Shown here one piece after another: positions 55,511-64,000 of a stretch of DNA of 64,000 nt. How positions within the stretch are numbered: the first letter of the stretch is position 1; each line of letters starts with the position of its first letter. A model generated the notes under the pieces. That model ran no database searches. It was not told the origin of the DNA and saw only the letters and a list, made by a program, of their open reading frames with translations. The DNA lies in contig NW_021832258.1 in NCBI RefSeq assembly GCF_006345805.1, positions 1 to 64,000 of the forward strand, read 5' to 3'. A program made the translations under genes and the position numbers. This DNA comes from Octopus sinensis. Its lineage: Eukaryota.

Positions 55511-55869
55511 GTAGACACGCATTTACGCACCTGTGTATACTCATACGAAAAAATGTTTCCAAGTCAGGTAAACTGGTAAAGAATTCAAATAATAAATTCA
55601 TGAATAAAGAATTCGTTTTATGTCATAATTTTGTTTCTTTGTGCATTTCAAAGAAGCTAAACTTGATAGAATTTGTTAAATTTTAGAATTCGCTGTTATC
55701 AGTGAATTAATCTTAACAGACAGCAATTTATTATTTATTCAATTTCTTTCAATTGTTCCAGTCACTGGATAGCGGCCATGTTGCAGTATCTCCATAAAGA
55801 TATTTATGTCTGAGCTTATGGTTCACTGAGTGATTATATATTGAGTCGTTATAGACTCTGTGTTACAAT

Positions 55870-58800
55870 GTCTGAAATAATAATTATCTTAAAAACTTAG
55901 CTATCAAGATAAAAGAACTGAGAAATACAGAAGGAATCTTTGTACAATCTTACAAAACCAGGAACTTATATGAATTAGATATAGAAACATATGATAGTTT
56001 ACTAGAAAAAGAAATCAATAAAAATATAAAATAGTCCAAAATAATACTTTAGAGAAAATAAATAAGTGTTATAAAGAAATTATGATGAATTATGAACTAG
56101 ATAAAAAAACAGAACCCTACGTGCCATTGCACCTAAGGATAACGCTAAAAGACCATAAAGATAATTTCTATGCAGACCCTAAAGTCCGACTAATATGCCC
56201 ATGTAAGTCGGACCTAGGGAAATTAAGTAAATTGATATTAGATAATTATATAAACAAATTAAATAATTTAGGTTACCTAAAGTTATGGGGCAGTACAATG
56301 GAAACTTTACAATGGTTTAAAAATATAAAAAAAACAATAAGGAATATAAGTTCATACAAATAGATATTGACAGTTATTATGCTTCCATAAATGCAATAGT
56401 GTTTAATAAGGCCTTGATATATGCTAAAAATAGAACAGGAATGACGATAGAGGAAATTAAGGCAGTCCAAATGGCAAGAAAAACACTCATTAAATACAAA
56501 AATAAATTATGGGATAGAAAGGACACAAGGAAGTATTTTGATGTACCTATGGGAGCGCCAGATTCAGTAGAGGTAACCGAACTATTTGGGATATACCTGC
56601 TTTCTGAATTAAAATTAGAAAATATAAATATAGAAAGGGGGCTTATATAGGAAGAACTTACTTTTAATAACAAAAAATTGTACAAACAGAACACTTGAAA
56701 ATTATAAAAAGAAATTATACAGTTTTTTTAAAGAAATACGGGTTAGAAACTACTATATATAATGAACATTAAAATGTAAATTTTTTAGATGCAAATTTGA
56801 ATATTGTTACAGGGTTAATACAGCCTTTCCATAAACTTAATGAAAACCTAAAATACATAAATGCAGATAGTAATCACCCACCCGCGGTAAAATGAAACGC
56901 CAATAGATAACATCAGGAAAAGGATATCAATGCTCTCTTCGCTGACTACTACAATGAAGTATTAAGGAAGGCTGGATATAAGGAAGAAATTAAATTCTAT
57001 AATAAGAATATTAATAGGAATAATTACATAAAATACAAAAACGTAAGTAACCTAAATAGTGTTAATATACGGAGTAACATTAATGTAAATGTAGACGAGA
57101 ATAGAAATGTATATAATAATAAAAAGAAAAAGAAAAATAATATGTATAATAGTCATAATAGGATAACACACCATAATTTTATGGAATTCAAGATGATAAA
57201 AAACATAAAAAACAGGAAAAATATAAATGGTATAAAGTATAAGGATAGGTTGGGTTTAATGGGGAAGGATTTAAAATTAAACGAAAATCATAATGGAGAC
57301 AATACTTTAAATAGTATAGAAGATAATAGCAAGACTTGTGTAAATAAAGATAAGGGGATTACTAATATAAACATAAATAAAAATAATAATAATATGATAT
57401 GGTTGATAGTCCCTTATGGTACTCAAGTTAAAAGTAATATTATTAAAGATATCACTAATAAAATAGCATCATTTATTATGGAAAATAAAAAAAAATATAT
57501 GGAAATATTCTCTAAAAATAATATACTACTAACAATGTAGGGAACATTATTTCAATAAATAGTATAGGCTGAATAAATATTACTATGATAAATTAAATAA
57601 GCATCTGAATAGGAGAGCTGGAGAACGTAATAGTTGTAATTGTAGGGGTAAACTTAATGGAAGATGTAATGTAAGTGATGTAATATATAAATGTGTGGTT
57701 TCTGTAAAAGTAGATGGAAATGAAAATAGTGGAATAAATAATACAGATATTGAAAATTATCCAGATAGGACGTATATTGGGTAGACATCGAATAAAATTA
57801 AACAACGAATAGCACAGCATAGAAAGAAATCAATTATGAATTAAAGTGGGATATAATATGTAAAATGAAATCGTATAGATTGGAAATAGGTCATGTCTAT
57901 TATGTACCCATGAATTCATGGAGATATTATGGGCCAAAATGGGGCTTCTAAATGCTCAGGAGGAAAGAAAAATAAAATGTAAACATAGACTGAAATGCCT
58001 AACTAATAACGCGTAACTCTAAATTTAAAGCGTAAGTATTATTACTACTATTATTACTTAATACGAACGTACTAGTTTAAATTAAACTACCATTAGATGT
58101 GAGGAGGTATAGCAGTGCGGTGTGAGTGAACAAAGGGTGGGAATAATACGAAATAAAAAAAAGTAAGGTTCCCATGATGCATTTTTGTATTTCCTGGACC
58201 ATGGTTTCTATAAAGTTAATATTATAATTAAGTAATATTTTTAAAAAAGCAGGAAAGGGAGGGAGTGTAGTCGTTTGCCGGACCTTGCGATGTCAAGCCG
58301 AAATTAAGACGTAATAGGACAATGGAGTCAACGGTGATTTGTACATATTCTTTTATGTTACCCTTAAGTTATTTTTACTTGGTAAATTTTTTATTTTTAT
58401 CATTCGTATCATTTGTAAATTTTCTTTTTGTATTTTGTCACACAAGTATATATTTTATTTTATTTTTCTATCCCTATATATTATTAATTTAATATTTATA
58501 GACATAAGTTACGTGAGAACGTAGTTTTTGTAAATTTTTATTTTTATTTTTTATTTTTACTTTTATTTTTATTTTTATTTTTATTTGTAATTTTTTTATT
58601 TGAATTAAATTATGACTTGTACAGCAAGGTCCGGCGAGCCTATTTACACATGCACATACTTATATGTTTAAAATTAAAATATAGTTTTTAGTATCAAACT
58701 ATGATAAGTTATGTAGAGGCCTGATGATTGGGGTTATATTTTAAGAAAGGTTCCAGCAAAACACGGCGTGGTTAAGGAACCGGAAAATGAACCTCAAGAA

Positions 58801-58890
58801 ACATGTATAGCCGAGATATAAGTATTAAGTATTAAATTAAATTAAAATTCTTTTATATGGCTGGATGAAGGGGCCTATTAACTCTAAATG
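55870..58890 (+). mobile_element. Near full-length, degenerate Naiad-like Penelope element (RT + C-terminal GIY-YIG, long 3' UTR with hammerhead-like motif)
   Basis: ITLKDHKDNFYADPKVRLICPCKSDLGKLSKLILD, FDVPMGAPDSVEVTELFGIYLL, YINADSNHPP, IWLIVPY, SCNCRGKLNGRCNVSDVIYKC..YIG*TSNKIKQRIAQH, SCLLCTHE, KCKH. Many frameshifts and stops. Confidence 0.85.
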
Positions 58891-58960
58891 AATATGTTAT
58901 ATACATATATATATATTATGTATATATATATGTGTATATATAATGTATGTATATATTATA

Positions 58961-58993
<33 letters not shown>

Positions 58994-59356
58994 GGTATAT
59001 ATAGATATATGTATATACATATGTATATATATATATGTATATATATAATGTATATATATAGTATATATATAAATGCATAATACATATTCACACACTGATT
59101 GTGTATGTACATAGGCATTGACACACAACTTCTCTTTCCATACAATCAGACCACCATTAGTGACAAATCTAACATCTGCTTCTGAATGGCATTCAATTAA
59201 ATTACTTCGATTAGTCATTTAACTACAAAGTATCTTACTTTCCATCCTGACACTTCCAGACGTTCAATTCTAACACTCGCTTATACACCTACATATATGT
59301 ATTCACACACACACAACACACACAACAACACACACACAACACACTCTGTATATATG

Positions 59357-59409
<53 letters not shown>

Positions 59410-59985
59410 TATATATATGTATATATATATATATATGTATAATCTTATACACATGCATACAATCACTTTCAAATATGACTTCAACTCAATATTCAGTTAT
59501 GCACCCACACATACGCATATATATAATATACATATATATACACTGACACACACACATATCCACAGACATACATACTTACAAGGACACGTACATACATGCA
59601 TACGCGTGCACACACATCCCATCTCTAAAATATGACTTCCTCACAAGCAAATATAAACACACACAATATATAAATTCTTACAAGCACATACATATAACAG
59701 CACGCATATCCATACACATATCCAAAGAGACACGGTTATTGTTATAGAATTAATAGCATTTTTCTTTTAGAAGCCAGCAGGCTACGATAATTCTTTATAT
59801 TTGTTCGACATTGTTTTGTTGGTAACATTAATAATGAGGCTTCTCACTCACAAACTCGTCTTTTTTTTGTTCTGTGCCGTTGAACTTCTGTCAATGCAAG
59901 CCCCATGGGGTTCAATTTTTACATGATGTGATGACATCAATAAGCATCGGTTTTTGCGTGGGTGCGTGGAAATACAGCACTGCTA

Positions 59986-60043
<58 letters not shown>

Positions 60044-60102
60044 TATATGTGGTGTGCGTGTGCATATATATATGTATATATATATGTATATATGTATATA
60101 TG

Positions 60103-60179
<77 letters not shown>

Positions 60180-60405
60180 CAACCGACGAAGAGGGTACCA
60201 GTTGCTCCGATCACGTAACAGCCTGCTCGTAAAATTAACGTGCAAGTGGCTGAGCTCATCACGTGTATCCTTAATTTAGTTCTCGGGAGATTCAGCGCGG
60301 CACAGCGTGTGATGAGGCTGGCCCCTTGAAATACAGGTACAACCGAAACAGGAAGAAAGAGTGAGGGGTAGTTGTGGTGAAAGCGTACAGCAGGGTTCGC
60401 TGTAC

Positions 60406-60444
<39 letters not shown>

Positions 60445-60749
60445 ACATAAGGCTTAGCCATCTGAATGTGGCTAGGGACAGGGCAGGGCGGTGGGGGTGT
60501 TACTGATGCATTTAGCCCCAGGCGATCATCAACGTCACCAGGAGGGCTGACGCCATCACGGCGTCCTCTAGCCTCTATTATTGCTATATATATATATATA
60601 TATATATATCTATATTATATATATATAGAAGTAGTTGTGGTGAAAGCGGACAGCAGGATTTGCTGTACATTATATATAATATATATATATGAAATGTACA
60701 GCGAACCCTGCTGTACGCTTTCACCACAACTACCCCTCACTCTTTCTTA

Positions 60750-61235
60750 TTTGTTCATATTTGAGAGTTGCTTGACCTTAACCAGTTGAGCATATTCTTT
60801 GGTGGCTGACAATATGTGTATCTCTGATCAGATCACAAGAATTAGTGGGGAAACATCATAGCCATGTGTCGAGAGGAATTCTTTGGGGCTTGAATGTACC
60901 CGGTGTAGTCATGATGGGTATAATGGGCTTCATATATTTCTACCCCAGTGTCACTTTGAAGGCATGCACTGCTCTCTCACTCAATAATGATAATGATAAT
61001 TATGATTATAATGAGGAGGAAGAAGTCTCTCAAGGAATGTAATAAGATCAGTAAATATAAGAATACTGGAAATTGAAATACAAACAAATGTGACTTCTTA
61101 AAGAGAAAGTATTCCTGTATTGTAGATGATACTAGTATCGTAAAAAAAGAGGTGTCAAAAATATGTATGTAAAATCCCAGGAGAACCGTATCTGAAAGAA
61201 ACCCAGAAGTCTGTGTTGACAAGTACCATCGATAT
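60750..61235 (+). mobile_element. Partial family C element (60750-60982) followed by R4/Dong-like C-terminal fragment (61015-61235)
   Basis: Family C 3' end (cccagtgtcactttgaaggcatgcactgctctctcactcaataat), then KISKY..LEIEIQ..KIPGEPYLKETQKSVLTST across frameshifts. Confidence 0.6.
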
Positions 61236-61509
61236 CTTTAGCGAAACCATATCAAATTTAACGTTTTGATTTGTGCTGCATTATATGAATCTATTTATAT
61301 ATTGTTCTCCTCACTTTGCCGCAACACTCAATTACATTTAAACAATTCTTAACCTTCATTTGCTCGAGGTCACCGAGTATGACCCGGCAAGTCATTGTAT
61401 AAAGCACACTGATTATAACAACAGCGAAATAACAACCACACTTGCAGCATCAGCAACCACCACCACAACAGCAACAAGACCACCAACAATAATAATCATT
61501 TCCACAATA

Positions 61510-61700
61510 AGCACAAGGCCTGAAATTTGTAGGGAGAATGTAAGTCGATTTCATCGATCTCAGTCTTTCACTGGTACTTAATTTATTGATTCCGAAAGGC
61601 AAAGTCGACATCGGTGGAAATCGAACTCAGAACGTAGTGACAGACGAAATACCGCTAAGAATTTTGCCCTGCATGCTAACGATTCTGCCAGCTCACCGCC
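61510..61700 (-). mobile_element. SINE family A
   Basis: gcacaaggcctgaaatttg..ggaaatcgaactcagaacg..gaaataccgctaag..ctgccagctcaccgcc. Confidence 0.8.
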
Positions 61701-62084
61701 CCAACAACAACAACTATAATAATTATTTCTATATACACGTAAGGTTTAAAATTTGCGAGGAGGGAGTAAATTCTTTATACTGTAGGCAAAATGCTAGAAA
61801 TTTTGTGCGAGTCGGAGTTAGTCGATGACATCGTCGTCGGTACTTGCCTGATGCCTATTTTATCGACACCAAAAGAGAATGAGAGACAAAGTTGAACTCG
61901 TGTGTGTTGATGACGATGTTGATGAGGATAAAGGGGGCGATGATGATAATTATATTTATTTGACACACGAACGTCAATCACAAAGGCAGGTCACGTAAAA
62001 TGTGAAAGTTTACTTCGAATACAACTAGAAAAAAGAAAAACAAAACAAATGAGGGAGAAACTATTTATAGAATGACAAATATAG

Positions 62085-62285
62085 ATCTAATAATCTCCCA
62101 AACGTTCCTCTCTAACATATAAAAGCAAATTGATACTAGTTTTGCCAATTATTGCCATTTTTACCACTCGTCTGACAAATTCACTGGACAACAGCATTTC
62201 CCTTTCCATCCACAAATTTCTTTGCAAGTCGAATCCAAGATGGTTGGTCTGCTCTTGAGTGTAGAAGAATTTATCTGATCTCAAT
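62085..62285 (-). mobile_element. Possible older Tx1-like C-terminal fragment
   Basis: GFDLQRNLWMEREMLLSSEFVRRVVKMA aligns loosely with FKYHLKRKVRVER*VLSSERFKKRWVNVA of the 46731-47756 element. Confidence 0.4.
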
Positions 62286-62642
62286 CCTTTAATCTTTCAA
62301 ACTACATTGAAACTGCACCTAGAAAGTTACCCCACAACACCTGGCACAAGTCCGAGCAAGGATGATTATGGAAGACCAGCAGTTGCACTTGCATACCGGG
62401 CTCCCCTCTCCACGCCACCAGTGTTATATATATGTATATATATAATATATATATGTATACACACACATATATATATATATATGTAGATATATATGTATAT
62501 ATGTATATCACGTGATCACGTGGCCGACCAGACCATCAGATGTTGTTACACATCACTGGTCACAATGCGTTCGCATTGTTTTGGCCTGCGAATGACGCCA
62601 CCCGGCTGGCTAAGCGAGTAGGCCAATATATGCATATAAATA

Positions 62643-62699
<57 letters not shown>

Positions 62700-63074
62700 T
62701 ATGTATATATATGTAGATATGTATATATGTATGTAATATGTATATAGATATAAACATGTAAATATACACCTTGCTGTTGGTCTTCTAACTGCTTTCTCTG
62801 AACACTTCTCACATTTCAAATTATTGATATGGCCGTTCGCATTGTTTCTAATTTTGCTCTCATATTTGTGAATATTATTGCGACTAACACTCATGCAGCT
62901 ATTGATGTTGATGATAGTGTTGCTGATATTATTGTTGTTGTTGTTGTTTCAGTAGTTATTTTTCTTGTTGCTATTGCGGTTGTTTCGTTATTACAGTTAT
63001 AACTGATATAGTTCCTAGTGTTTTTTTATTATCGTTCTCGACGTTGTTCTCGCTCTCTCTCTCTCCTCTCTCAT

Positions 63075-63106
<32 letters not shown>

Positions 63107-63456
63107 ACACACACACACACACACAACACACACAACACACACACACACACACACAACACACAAACACACGCACGCAAAACCACACACACATAAACATGTA
63201 CGCCCACAGAGAAATAGACACAAATTCAAAAAGCTGAGTATATTAAACAAGGAATAAAGAAATAAAGAATAAATATTTATACGAAAATATGAATATAAAA
63301 TATAAAAACGTTTCTGAAAGTTAGAGAGAGAGAGAGAAAAAAAACAGCAAGGAGCAGAGTTTGTAAGTTGATAAAATGTGATAGAATAGAGAAAAACTCA
63401 CGGCAATCATCATAATGATGCCGTAGTTGATGCTGCTGATATGATACACGTACAGA

Positions 63457-63498
<42 letters not shown>

Positions 63499-63762
63499 TA
63501 TATATAATATATCTATACTATACATATACATATGTACATATAGTATATATATATATATATATTATATATCGATATATCTATCTATCTATCTATCTACTAT
63601 CTATCTATCTATCTATCATCTATCTATCTATCTTCTATCTATCTATCCTATCTATCTATCTATCTATATAATATATAATATAATATATCTGCATATACAT
63701 TTGTGTGTATATGTATAATATATACATATATATATCGATATCTATCTATATCTATATATATG

Positions 63763-63797
<35 letters not shown>

Positions 63798-63851
63798 ATA
63801 CATTTGTGTGTATATATGTATATATACATATATATATCTATGCATATATAT

Positions 63852-63894
<43 letters not shown>

Positions 63895-64000
63895 TATATA
63901 TATATAATGAACTACAGACATTCAATGCGTGTGAGTGTGTGTTTATGTGTGTGTGTGTGTGTGTGTGTGCATTCGGTAAATAATGAAATATACTGTAGAA

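Noticed and set aside
55870-58000. Selenocysteine recoding, reported for some Naiad elements
   Set aside because: The conserved Cys positions I could read are TGT/TGC, not TGA, here and at 26650-27050. The ATGA..AA..GA at 58613-58640 is too short on the 3' side for a SECIS.
60310-60350. TGATGAGG...CCGAAAC hammerhead-like string
   Set aside because: It lacks C3 and stems I/III, and lies in the antisense body of a SINE; likely chance.

Overview
This is repeat-saturated eukaryotic genomic DNA in which I cannot identify any host protein-coding gene. The extreme (TA)/(CA)/(TATG)/(TATC)/(TAA) microsatellite load and the SINE families suggest an octopod cephalopod; this is my inference, not a database result. 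Almost all long ORFs in the track are microsatellite artefacts. The real coding remnants are all transposon-derived: a near-complete IR/DR Tc1 element (DD34E, one frameshift); mariner and maT-like relics; Penelope-like elements of two groups (Neptune-like RT+GIY-YIG; Naiad-like, one nearly full length); and R4/Dong-like, RTE and Tx1/L1-like LINE fragments. The most striking hidden layer is RNA structure. At least eight minimal type I hammerhead-ribozyme-like motifs from several Penelope end families occur on both strands. One pair lies in a 475-bp-period direct repeat that resembles a retrozyme. Also notable are microsatellite-targeted retroelement insertions, a ~244-bp apparent target-site duplication, and several (TA)n-anchored inverted duplications. 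Element boundaries are read by eye and are approximate unless stated as exact.
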